A DNA stretch of 62,591 bases, filler included, from Choristocarpus tenellus KU-1152 (taxonomy: Eukaryota > Protista > Phaeophyceae), in assembly GCA_964200185.2 (NCBI GenBank). It is 11 parts of 11 records of this genome, joined end to end, with 100 filler letters (N's around TTAATTAATTAA, not from the genome) between each part and the next. Parts side by side here need not be neighbours in the genome. Positions count along the whole stretch, not along the records: positions 50,137 to 53,953 come from CAXNAD020017769.1; positions 54,054 to 57,477 come from CAXNAD020020131.1; positions 57,578 to 62,591 come from CAXNAD020012158.1; 8 more parts are not named here. One strand, given 5' to 3'. The notes under the pieces were generated by a model, which saw only the letters and a program-made list of their open reading frames with translations, did not search any database and had not been told where the DNA came from. Positions 51,791 to 62,591 of this stretch are shown here, piece after piece (within the stretch, counting starts at the first letter, position 1; every line of letters begins with the position of its first letter). The translations under genes were made by a program, and so were the position numbers.

Positions 51791-53500
51791 CTCAAGATGT
51801 CCCCTGAAGGCTGCGAGCGCACAGGTATTCTCATCCCATGGACATCCCCGAGCACGTGCCCAAATCAGTACCCCAAGCTCCCCAGCCTCTGCAGCCCTTG
51901 TGCAAGTGTCTGCATCCCATGGACACCCGTTTGCCCTAACCCACCCTAACACATCTAGGTGTCCACCTGAGGCGGCCCTTGAGCATGTCCTAGCATCCCA
52001 CGGACAACCCTCGGAACGGGCCAACCGTATAACCCCAAGGTGTCCCCCTCCTGCAGCCTTGGCGCAGGTCATAGCACTCCAAGGTATGCCTCTCTCTCTC
52101 AGTAGCCTCAGTATTGGGAGGCGCCCAAGCCGTGCAGCCTCAGCCAATGTTACCTCACCACACGGGCAGCCATGATTAATGGCAACAACAAGTGCTTCCT
52201 CTTGCCCAGCGGCGGCAGCGGCGGGGCAAGCAATCTCGCGGCCAGGGCAATTGCCATCTAAGGCATAGGCCAGTGTTTCGATCTCACCATTTAGTGCTGC
52301 CCCAATAATAGCTGTCTCGTCCCAGGGGCAACCTCCTTCCCTAGCAAGTATGAGGGTGTCCAGGTGCCCAGAACAGGCTGCCAGGGCACAGGTCGATGTA
52401 TCCCATTCGCAGCCTTCCTCACGGGCACGGCGGAGGACCTTGGAATAGAATAATTGGGGAAATACATTACTTCGTAGCTTCACAACAGACATACACATAG
52501 AGACATTTTTTCCAGCTAACTTACGGATTAGTTCTCAATATGTAGGTAACCGTGAAGTGGCATGAACCCAATCATCACTCTAGCTTCAAAGATCAAACTT
52601 TCCCAAAACTTGAAGACCCGATCAGGGCAAGGGTGTTTCGCAATCTTGATGTTCTGTACGAGAATAATACCCCTTGGTCTTAACGTGTGTAGGCAAAAGT
52701 TAATCTCAACACTATGCTGAGAGGCGAAATAATCACAAACGACGCAAAAACTATACCTGTACATTGAAATATCGCAACGACAAAAAGGCCTTCCGTATAC
52801 AAAAAGGAGGTGAGGATATGCGCTGTTGTTCCTTACTGCGTTCCCACAGAACCTACTATGGGCATGTGCCTCTCTCATTCCGATCCCCAGGAGAATGAAG
52901 GTATGCAGAAATTCGAATGAATCTTCAGGAGGAACATCAGTCCTATGCAGCTACCCTTTGTTGCAACAGTTTGCCCCAACATGATTAGTTCCCGACCTTG
53001 GTCCCATATTCTCATTCGTGAAGTAATGGTGACCAAGCGGGAACTCAAAATCATTCCACGAGAAATAGCGCTGCAACACCTGGTCTCTCTCACAACAAGT
53101 TTCCCCTCCTCCACTCAAGAGCGCCAAGACGAAGCAATATCAATTCGAGAAAATAGTTTTCCACGTACCTCCACCTGACCAATCTTGGCCGCCGCAGCGC
53201 AGATGGTAGAGGACCACTCCATTCCACAGTCTCTGGCCCATGCCAATCTGGACAAAGATTCCACTACCGTTTCTATGTAGGTCAAGGTGGGTCTCTTTCC
53301 CCAAGCAGCCCTCCAGGTTTTCGACACACCACCTGCAAATACAAATTCGTCTGGAACAAAAGCTAGCAGGTACGCCAATATGTCATCCTTCAACCCTCGC
53401 ATCCTTATCCCAGAGCACCTATGATACTTACTAGAATGTCTTCTGGAGTTCTTCCTCTCAACTACTTCTGCAGATAGATAGAGGTGTCGACGAGTTTTCA
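51791..53500 (-). CDS. Ankyrin-repeat protein (GCPWD type) with an F-box-like N-terminus; exons ~53500-53169 and 52438-51791
   Basis: DDILAYLLAFV..FVFAGGVSKTWRAAW then repeated 'AAxxGHLxVLxWARxxGCPWD'; phase-0 GT-AG intron; start codon and 3' exons uncertain. Confidence 0.9.
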
Positions 53501-54077
53501 TTTTGTTGGTTGTAGGTCTTGGTGTGTGTTGAGTAATATGCAATAGTAAGCTTACGGGGTATTTCAGTGCCTTACATAGGCGACGGCTAAATCTCTATAC
53601 TTGGTGGGTTCGATTCCTTCGATCCACAATTCTTTTATCGAAAATCTGGTTTCGAAGATATATATGCTTTTTCCAGGTGTTAAGCACAACGGGTTGTATA
53701 CCTGTATTACTACTTTACCACAAGAACGTCAAATATGATATTCAAGGGACGAGAAGGGTGGACGAGTGGTGCAAGGGCTGAACCCAACAGGGGAGAAGAG
53801 TCAAGGTAGGAATACGGAGGCAGTACAATTAGTAGTGGAACATCATTAACAGTGGATTTTAAAAATTGAGGATGGAGCGTGTACTATTGAGGATGGTTTT
53901 GACCGAAAAAAAAAAAAAAAAAGTGCCGATATGTCTTTTTTTGTAAATGTTGCNNNNNNNNNNNNNNNNNNNNNNNNNNNNNNNNNNNNNNNNNNNNTTA
54001 ATTAATTAANNNNNNNNNNNNNNNNNNNNNNNNNNNNNNNNNNNNNNNNNNNNCCTGCTTTCTAAGCCCCCCCCCCC

Positions 54078-54250
54078 CCCATTTGATGACCAACCAGTAG
54101 TGCGAACCCCCTTTATCACTAATTTCCAGTCACCCCCCCCACATTTGATGACCAACCTGTGCGAACCCCTTTCGCCACTGATTTCCAGTCACTCCCCACA
54201 TCCGATGACCAACCAGTGTGACCCCCTCGCCACTGAATTCCAGTCACCAA
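54078..54250. repeat. Tandem repeat, ~56-62 bp, 3 units
   Basis: GATGACCAACC..GTG..ACCCC..CACT..TTCCAGTCAC three times. Confidence 0.85.
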
Positions 54251-55244
54251 CTCACCCTTCAATCCTATTCAACCCCACACCAGTTACTACTCCCCCCAAT
54301 CCCACACCACTTACTTACCACTCCACTCAACCCCACACCACTTTCCACTCCTCCACACCACTCAACACCACTCCACAATAATCCAAAAACACCCCTTCAT
54401 CATCCACTTAATTTGTACCTTTGACGTAGAAGACATCTATCTACCCCGCCCAAACTTGACCTCCCCTCCCTTTACCCACCATCCCAATTGGTTGCGAGCA
54501 AGCAATAGAGTGGGCGGGCGGGAAAGCTTACTCGGAGGTTGTCTTGTTCTAGCCCTCCTCATCCTGTACCACCAGCCCTAGGTTCTCTTTTCAATACTGA
54601 CCATTCTTTCTTACCTTATGCCTCCACCTACCACCCATTTCTTTAGCTTCTCTCCTACCTCTGCTAGCCACTCAGTACTTAACTCTTCATTCACCCTCTT
54701 GCTACTTTTTATTTTCCTTTCTGTCCTCTCCCTTCCCTGTACCACATTCCTACCAGAATTCTCCCGCCCACAAAACTCAGATTACTTCATAAACTTTTCC
54801 TTTTTCCTTTGACACATCTGTAAAATGTCAGAGGGAAAAATAATAAAAACAAAAAGACGGATAGACCGTATAATTGGTTTAAACGATTATGTGTGGCAGT
54901 TAGGTATACGTAGTTATAACCAGAGAGACCAAGTCACTATATTTATATTATGCCCTCTGACATTTTTCAGATCTCTATTATAATTCACAATAGTAGTAGT
55001 AGTTACTCTTAAGAGCTGAAGTAGTGTGTAACACAATTCAGAGCGATAGTGACAATGGTTAGAGGTTGTAATAAGACACTAAACCCTAACAACGAACACA
55101 TTTTGGGTCCAATGTTATCCTCCCATATGACGAATTAGAGTGAGGGGTTCTCGTCAACAGGTTACTTGTGAAGAGTAGGCCCTGTTGAACATATTAACAC
55201 CACCAATATGTTTCCTAATAATGTGGGCCGAGACCTTCAACGCA

Positions 55245-55620
55245 GTAGTTGATACGTTCTGATTGGCGAACATGGCTTGCTACGACGTATTGACACCTAT
55301 ATCGTGATCAATACGAATGTGTCCCCTACAAATGTAGATACTTGTAACTTTTAAAACCGAGTGTACCCACCCATCACTCCCTCTTGCTAGCAAAGCCTCC
55401 AAAAAATATGTTAACGGTAGTTGATACAATTTGATAGGTGAACAACGCTTCCTACGCGAATTGACGATACCTTCGTCACCAGTGTGAAAATAACTCCATA
55501 AATTGGGTCATTTTTTTTATTGAGTGTACCCACCCATCACTCACTGTTGCGAACAATGACTCTCACAACATGCTTTTGAGAATCATTTAGTGAGGGCTCC
55601 GACCTCTCGCACTCACTAAA
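55245..55620. repeat. ~165-172-bp tandem unit of a dispersed family (related copy ~26580-26790)
   Basis: GTAGTTGATAC at 55245 and 55417; GAGTGTACCCACCCATCACTC at 55359 and 55522; GACGTATTGACAC and CACTCACTAAAA shared with the 26.6-26.8 kb region. Confidence 0.65.
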
Positions 55621-55809
55621 ATATGTAGGGTCCTTGGTACCTAGAAAATTAGCATCCACCCCTGGTTCTTATGCCTACTCACCAAAACTGTAGCGTACTA
55701 AATGGTGTTAGTTATATAGGAAGCTACGGAATACATATATTTCACATACTACATAGGAAGAGACGAGAAACCCACATTCATCTCTGTGGGCTAACTACCT
55801 TCCATATCT

Positions 55810-55915
55810 GGGTCAAAGTATCTGGGGGGGGGGGGGTGTCGGCATCCGTTTTTTACCCTTTTTTCGATTTTCACTTTTTGGTGTGATTTGGTAGCACGTG
55901 TCGGATTTGAAATGT
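55810..55915. mobile_element. MITE family B-related partial copy (further ends at 50005-50036, 57578-57607, 62571-62591)
   Basis: GGGTCAAAGTATCTGGGGG terminus. Confidence 0.75.
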
Positions 55916-57399
55916 ACACGAACCTCCCTACTACACAGACGTCACTACGGCTCATCTCTCCGAAAGGAAGGATGGAGGGCGTGATTCATTTGTGTCGCAT
56001 ATTCGTATATACCATTTGAGTTCAGGAAAATCTCCCCCACAATACTTACTCATAGGGCTTCAGTGTATTTTACAAAATTCGGAGATCGTACAGTGAGCTA
56101 CCGTGTCGTCCCGCTTTGGATTTCAATCATGTTCCGAACAATGTTGTTGACAACGCTGTTGGTTGGGTTCCCATTGAAATAAATGTCCAACCAAGTAGTA
56201 TGTGCTCAAAATAACGATCTCTTATCTTTGGGTGGAGATGCATGAGAGGATATAGAAATATTTGTATTTATACTCCAAAGTAGAATCTACCACTACCGCA
56301 AGGCGAAGAAAACTAGGAAGCACAAGTATAGAAAAGCAAAATCTATCAAACACTACTTCGATCCATTGTATACGTTATGCCCACTGACACTTTACAGCTG
56401 GTGAATTGTGTGCTTGTTCCTTGTACATCACTACGTAGGGGAGGGTCAGGAATGTCGTCTATACCACCAATAGAACAGAAAAATAGACAAAGCATAGTGT
56501 TAGGAGTTGGGGACGATTTGCACTATTAAACGAAAGGAATCTGAAACGCCACTTTTTCTCACATTTGATTGTATAGCTGGTGGAAGGAGGTAATCACTGA
56601 TGCTCTGGACAAGGAAGCCAAGGCCGATGGACTGATCGACACAAAAATGTGATGCAGAAGCAAGCTAGTTATTGTATTTGTATCGTCAAGTACGTTCCGT
56701 TTTGAAAGAGGTACGTAGCATGAGTCTTAGTCAGTCATTGCCTGGTCGCAGGAGTTCATAGATAGATGAACTCACAGTAGTGGCAAGGACGGTTGCAGAG
56801 GGGAGGGTGGTACAGATGACATCGGATCTGCTTACTGCATTTTCTGTGCGGTGGAGTCATCATCTGTAGAAGTGGGGTGCTCTGCATAGGATTGTGTGTA
56901 CTTCTGTTGAGCTCTAAATGCAGACATATTGAACTGACTGAATGATGGGTTGTTATATGCTAGTCCTTCGGAGTAGTAGCCTTTACTTAGAGTTCACACT
57001 CAAATTCTTGCTTTGCTATAGGGCCTCGAAATGATATTGTCTTGCGGATGAAAAGCTTGTTAGGATGAACAAAAAACACTCTTGTTGATATAATAGATAG
57101 AGATGCAGTCAAAGGTACAGTTCAGTATGCTCCACGATGACTTACTTTTCTAACTGCAACTACCTAGAAGAATGATCAAGGTGATTCAAACAAACATCCA
57201 GCTGGTCGTCATATCAGGGAAAGTGTTTCCAGGATTCAGAATGTCTGACTGAGGGACAATAAAAGTAGATATATCCTCCTTATCTCGCTGGAGTACTTGT
57301 AGAAAGTAGGATTAGTCATAGTAGTCACAACACGTTGGTTTTGTTCAACAAGATATATGCTATTAATGGAATATGCCGAGGGAAGGGCGACTGTTGTAC

Positions 57400-57477
57400 T
57401 GTTACAGGCGCCCCTCAATGCTCACCTTCCAGGATGACAACTCAAATTCAACGACCTTAAAACGATGCTATGGGGGC
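57400..57477. mobile_element. Element D end, inverted
   Basis: TGTTACAGGCGCCCCTCAATGCTCACC is the reverse complement of the end of 43681-43745. Confidence 0.75.
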
Positions 57478-60342
57478 NNNNNNNNNNNNNNNNNNNNNNN
57501 NNNNNNNNNNNNNNNNNNNNNTTAATTAATTAANNNNNNNNNNNNNNNNNNNNNNNNNNNNNNNNNNNNNNNNNNNNCCGGCACCCCCCCCCCAGATACT
57601 TTGACCCAACAGCCAAAATGGCCTGTCAGAAAGAAGAATCGTTCCGATTCTGACTGATCCATTTCTTTGCTGTCACATTGCTCAGTTATTCGGGAAAATC
57701 TGTTGTGTTTTGAGGTTTTTGTTCTGTGCTGGATTTCCTCAACAGACTTTGATATGTTGGGCTAAGACCTTTGATACTCGGTCTCACCCTCTGAGGTGGA
57801 AGATGTGCAAAATAGGACAATGGTGAGGTGTACCTTATTTTGTGTATATGAGATTATTGTGTTGAATTGAGTCCATGTGATGTAACTAATGAGATAGTAA
57901 ATCCGGATTATGTATGGGTATTTATTTATTCCGCATTCAACTACTTTGACATAACCTTTGACTTAGGTAGGAAGCACAAATAAATAATAAACAAGAAATG
58001 AGAAGATACCCCACAAAGGTCACTCTTTTAATTTCAACCATGTAATCACGTTCAGCAAAGGGGGTCGTGTGAGGCTTCACATCTTCTTATCTTCACTACT
58101 AACAAATAGCATTACCTCCCAAGGTAAATTTGCACAGAAGAGTTCACTCTGGTGATTGTGATTGCCCCCTTGAGCAGTTTGGCATCTTCGACACTTCCAC
58201 AGTGGTACTCACGCCTAGTATTCAAGAGGGCTAACTCACGCCAAAATATGTCTGACATTACCACTCCCACACCTACTGCTACATCTAATGCCAACAGCAA
58301 GGAGAAGTCGGCTACAAGGAAAGGGAAGAAGGCAATCTTAAGCACGACAACTGATTGATGGAGGTAATGAGATGGGTACCATTAATGCCCAACCTCGACC
58401 GATTCCCGCGCCTACATTGGTAGACAAAGGCACCCCTGGTGACTCGCTAGAGCAGGAAGGGATGGCGGAGCAGAGGCTGAGGGAATGCCCGTAATTTGGG
58501 CCTGAACCGGTTCAGCGTGTTGACAGAAGATCACGAGGAAAATGGCGAACACAGTGCGGTGGCGACATTCGATATCCAGATGTACATGAATCGCCAACTC
58601 GTCTACGCCAAGAAGATTGTCGATGAGGTGGAGGGGACTCTGCATGACCAAGGTTTGGTGGCAGCATCCATGCATACTTTAAATATCAAGATGAGTATAT
58701 TGTCCCACCCTACCTCGACCATATTCACTGGGGCTAGGTACTTGATCTCTTGATCATGATACATCTTCACACAAAGACTTGCCCCATGAGTTCTGGAGCA
58801 CAGGCTTTATCCTATTCTCCCGTTGCCAAATTTCAAAAATGGTTTAGACCTTTCCCTCATGCGTATCTACAACAACCAAAAAAAGCGTTCAAGTTGTTGG
58901 TTTTTAATTGGTGATCAAAACAGGTACTGCCTGTCAGAAATCTCTATTATTCCTCCAATGAACCCCTGCAGGGTAATATAGAACCACAGGAGGAGAGGGA
59001 GTGAGAAATGAGAGAATATAGAGATGCCCTCCTGATTCTGTTTCCCCGGAATCTATAGGGTTAGGAAGTCAAAGAAAACTAGGGACTTGGTGTTTTGGGC
59101 AGACTCAGATGTGGGAGAGAGCAAATAAGACCCAGCACTTTAAACATTCAAGGTCAGCACACCAAAAGTTGCCACAAGCAGGACATGTAACAACTGTTAC
59201 ATCCGCTCTTTCATTTTCCCCACAACCTTTTTTGGGCATGGGTGACATTTCTTTTACACCTCAAACGTGTTGTTCCACTTCTTCATACTGTTGGCACACA
59301 TCAGGAATCCAACACTATTCTAACTCCCCTCGCGTGCTAAATGTTTCATCTCGCCGCATAAGAATTCCTGGGTATGTTGAAAATGAACCTTTAATGAGCA
59401 TTACTGTTGATACTGCTACTGACATTCCAGTAATAGCCCTCAGATACATTGAAGCCCACCCAACACTTTGCAAGGGACCCATTTGGGAGATTCCAGCAGG
59501 CGCTCTGAATTTAAGAGGAGCAGGTGGTAGACCTCTCTCTGTTTAATGGTTTCATTCAATTTACACTACAACTTGGCGACATATCAATGCCTATCCAAGC
59601 AGTCATCATACCTAATCTGGGAGAATAAAGTATTGTTGGATAACAGCATAATGTCGGCATTTGGGGCAGTGCTAGATTGGGATAGAGAAGAGATGTCGTT
59701 TAAAGACAGTGATCAATACATCCCAGCAAAACACAACATTGTACCCCTTCCCATCTGTTCCCCCCCAAAAGAATTTTGCCAGACTGGAAATGCATCTCAT
59801 TTTTCAATTTCAGTAATAATCACATCTGAATTTACTACACCAGTACACACGGTAAAAAAGATATTCCTTCCCCCTGGAACGGAAACGCTTGTTCCAGTTT
59901 GTTCTCAGGCACTTTGAGGAACAGCTACCGATGCAGTGGTGGAACCTATCATATACACTGGCACAGACCTCCAGCATGGGGACAACATACATCCCCACTG
60001 GCGTCACATAATGGTCAGTCGAACCCTCTGTTTGGGAAGAAAATGGAGGATGTCCAGTCAAAATTGCCAATCCTTCACAAAAAGGGATGATGTCACCAGC
60101 AAAATTTGTAGTTGGACATGTTTCCCCTGTTTCAAAAACGTACGCCCTGTCAGATACCACAGTAAGTGCAGTTGCAACCACACCATCTACCCCCGAAGAA
60201 CTGAAACAAGCTAGGGAGGAGTTGAAATTATTTTTTTCTAAGAAGGCTTTTACAAATACTCAACTGACACTGTCTGAACAAGAGGAATCACTAGATATAG
60301 TGGCTAAATTCAGACCAGTCTTTTCATTGTCTGAAAAAGAAC

Positions 60343-60376
60343 TAGGGTTAGGGTTAGGGTTAGGGTTAGGGTTAGG
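60343..60376 (+). repeat. Interstitial telomeric repeat TAGGG(TTAGGG)4TTAGG inside Gypsy pol
   Basis: 34 bp perfect telomeric repeat. Confidence 0.9.
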
Positions 60377-62073
60377 CACGTTGAGTTTCCACTACAACCA
60401 GGCACTAGACCGGTTAGTAGACCACCGTATCACACGGCACCAAAAGTACGCGACACTCTTCGACAATTTGTAACTGATATGGAGAAACAGGGTATTATAA
60501 AACCCTCATCTAGCCCATGGGCATCCCCTGTTACCATTGTTGCCAAACCTGACGGATCACCTCGATTCTATGTGGATTTTATAGGAACCATAAATAAATA
60601 TTTTATACGTAATTCACGGCCTTTACCATCCATGGATGAGTGTTTATCCACGTTGGGGGGTTCAAGATATTTGTCTTGTTTAGATATCCAATCAGTCTAC
60701 TGGCAACTACCGATAACTGATGAATGCGAATGACAAAAAACTGCCTTCATCACGCCGGATAGGAAATATGAGTTTCAGAGGTTACCATTTGGAGTACAAA
60801 ATGCAACGTGGATCTTCCAACACTTTATGTCTGGAACTTTTTCCAGTATCGTTCCTAGCTCAGGGTTGTTGGTATATTTAGACGATATTGTTTTGGCCTC
60901 TCCATCATGGACACACCATAATCAATTGATCACTACAGTTTTGTCAATGTTATAAGATGTAGGGATTATGTTAAAGCCATATTTGGTTCAAAATAAATCC
61001 ATCATTTGGGACATGATGTTAGCCCACAAGGAAATGCTGTATCCCAAGTTCGTGTTGAAGCTATATTAGATATGCATCCTCCTCAAACTGTGAAAGGCTT
61101 ACAATAGTGTTTAGGTTCGATGAACTTTGTTAGGAAGTATATTCCTCACCTAGCAACAGCAACAGAACCGTTGGTTGAATTGAGTCGCCATACACAGAAA
61201 GGAAATTCATAAAAAGAGAACACCTCAGTAAAACGAGCAAAGAAAGATCATAAGGATATCTCATCTAGATGGAATCGACCACAGCATTTGACGAATGCAA
61301 ACGACTTTTATCTAGGGCTCCAGTGCTACACTCTCCTGATTTTTCTGAGGAATGTTTTTTTCATGTAGATGCCAGTAATGTTGGGACAGAGGCGTTTTTA
61401 ACTCGTAGAAATGATGACAATTTTGATATAATTGCATACCATAGTGCCTTACTTTCCCCCTCCCAACGTAAATATTCTGCCACACAAAAAGAGTGCCTTG
61501 CAGTTATTCTAGCAATCCAAATTTGGAGACCATATATTTGGGGTAAACATTTCACAGTTACTACTGACCATTCAGCCTTATGGTGGCTGCATACGATGCA
61601 AGATACGTCCAATCTGTTAACTCGATGGACCTTAGCTTTGCAAAGTTTTGATTTTACCATCCTTCTTAAGCCTGGCAGAATACATTACATCCCAGATATG
61701 TTGTCACGTCCTCAACTGGAAGAATTTTGTAAACATGAATCTGAACCAGCACCCCTAATCCCCATATGTCGGGATGTGGGCACAAAAACCGCTGATGCAA
61801 GTTCTCAAGCAAGTAAGGTATACCCTGCCTATGAATTATCTGTGGATCGACTAGGTGAAACTACTAAGTAGCGAATGACTCTGAGCTCTTTGCAAGCTCC
61901 ATCAATGTGTTCCCTGTAATTGATACGGAAGTTCTAGTCAAGGCCCAACATGAGCAGTTTGAAGCTTATTTTCAATACCTGGAAGACTCAAGCAATACAG
62001 CATTACCCAGTAACGAAACGGCCTACACCATGTCTTATTTTTTCATTCAAGAACGAGAAAATATACTTTTACT

Positions 62074-62332
62074 GAGCCAAAGTATCTTAGACGGTAGAGC
62101 CGCGTCCTTTTGGTGGCCAAAATCCAATGTTGCGATTTTGATATAATTGTAGCTATCGTATTTGTTAGGAAGTGTCATTGTCCATGTTTCGGACACACCT
62201 TTTCATAACGTATACATTTTACATGCTTTTAAACATTTTGGAGTAAGAAAATGCCATTAAAAAACCCATGGGAAGCGAAGCCACAAATGGACGAACGGGG
62301 CAAAATTCGTACTCTCTAAGGTACTTTCACTC
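62074..62332 (+). mobile_element. MITE family A full copy inside Gypsy pol
   Basis: GAGCCAAAGTATCTTAGACGGTAG ... CTCTCTAAGGTACTTTCACTC; 3-bp duplication ACT. Confidence 0.92.
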
Positions 62333-62591
62333 ACTCTACCGGTCGTATCAACCTGGTCACCTTTGAAAAAATGGAGAATTTTGATATCAGTTAGTAGCCC
62401 CAACCGAGGTTCAGGGTTTAATTTTACACGCCCTACATGATCATAAAGTTGCTGGCCATCTTGCTTTTAAACACACCTTTGATCGAGTTCGCGACAGATT
62501 TTGGTGGCCAACCTTACATAAAGACGTGAGGAAGTGGTGTGAAACTTGCCAGTCCTGTCAAAGGCGTAAGGGGTCGAAGTATCTGGGGGGG

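Larger units (their letters stand above)
59330..62570 (+). mobile_element. Ty3/Gypsy LTR retrotransposon pol pseudogene (PR-RT-RNase H-IN)
   Basis: PR-like VDTAT; RT SSSPWASPVTIVAKPDGSPRF..D, LPFG, YLDD; RNase H VDASNVG..KYSATQKECLA..TDHSAL; integrase HHCC (HDH..AGH..CETCQSC); many stops and frameshifts. Confidence 0.95.

Noticed and set aside
51791-53500. Endogenous giant-virus insertion
   Set aside because: Only one intron-containing ankyrin gene, with no NCLDV core genes or gene-dense intronless block.
53560-53630. GGTTCGATTCC T-loop-like motif (similar motif at 31866-31880)
   Set aside because: No complete cloverleaf; at most a decayed SINE head.
58152-58753. ORF fragments with NRFSVL, reminiscent of LINE ORF1 or gag
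   Set aside because: A single short motif is too weak to assign.

Overview
Eukaryotic nuclear DNA, very probably a brown alga (Phaeophyceae) or close stramenopile relative. This is an inference from the intron-rich GT-AG genes, a mitochondrial insert with the order trnN-trnF-rps8, GCPWD-type ankyrin repeats and TTAGGG repeats. The window is not one molecule: about 11 contigs are joined by ten artificial N44-TTAATTAATTAA-N44 spacers, so adjacency across spacers means nothing. Host genes rebuilt from spliced exons are an FKBP12-type PPIase (3' exons), a FAM92/CIBAR-like BAR protein head-to-head with an RRM protein, an mTERF protein, a prolyl oligopeptidase with an N-terminal signal anchor, an ankyrin-repeat protein and a membrane-protein fragment. 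The rest is mostly transposon debris: Ty3/Gypsy pol, a gag/protease relic, a DD39D-type mariner, a pogo HTH, LINE, hAT and Penelope-like relics, a tRNA-headed SINE and TG..CA elements. The most striking pattern is a set of three MITE families (called A, B and F here, more than 25 copies or fragments). They have related G-R/G-N-Y-C-A-A-A-G termini; A and B also share a CCAAATGGAC subterminal motif, make 3-4 bp TSDs and nest inside each other. A candidate Sola2-like transposase relic lies nearby. All assignments come from motif recognition by eye; no searches were run.
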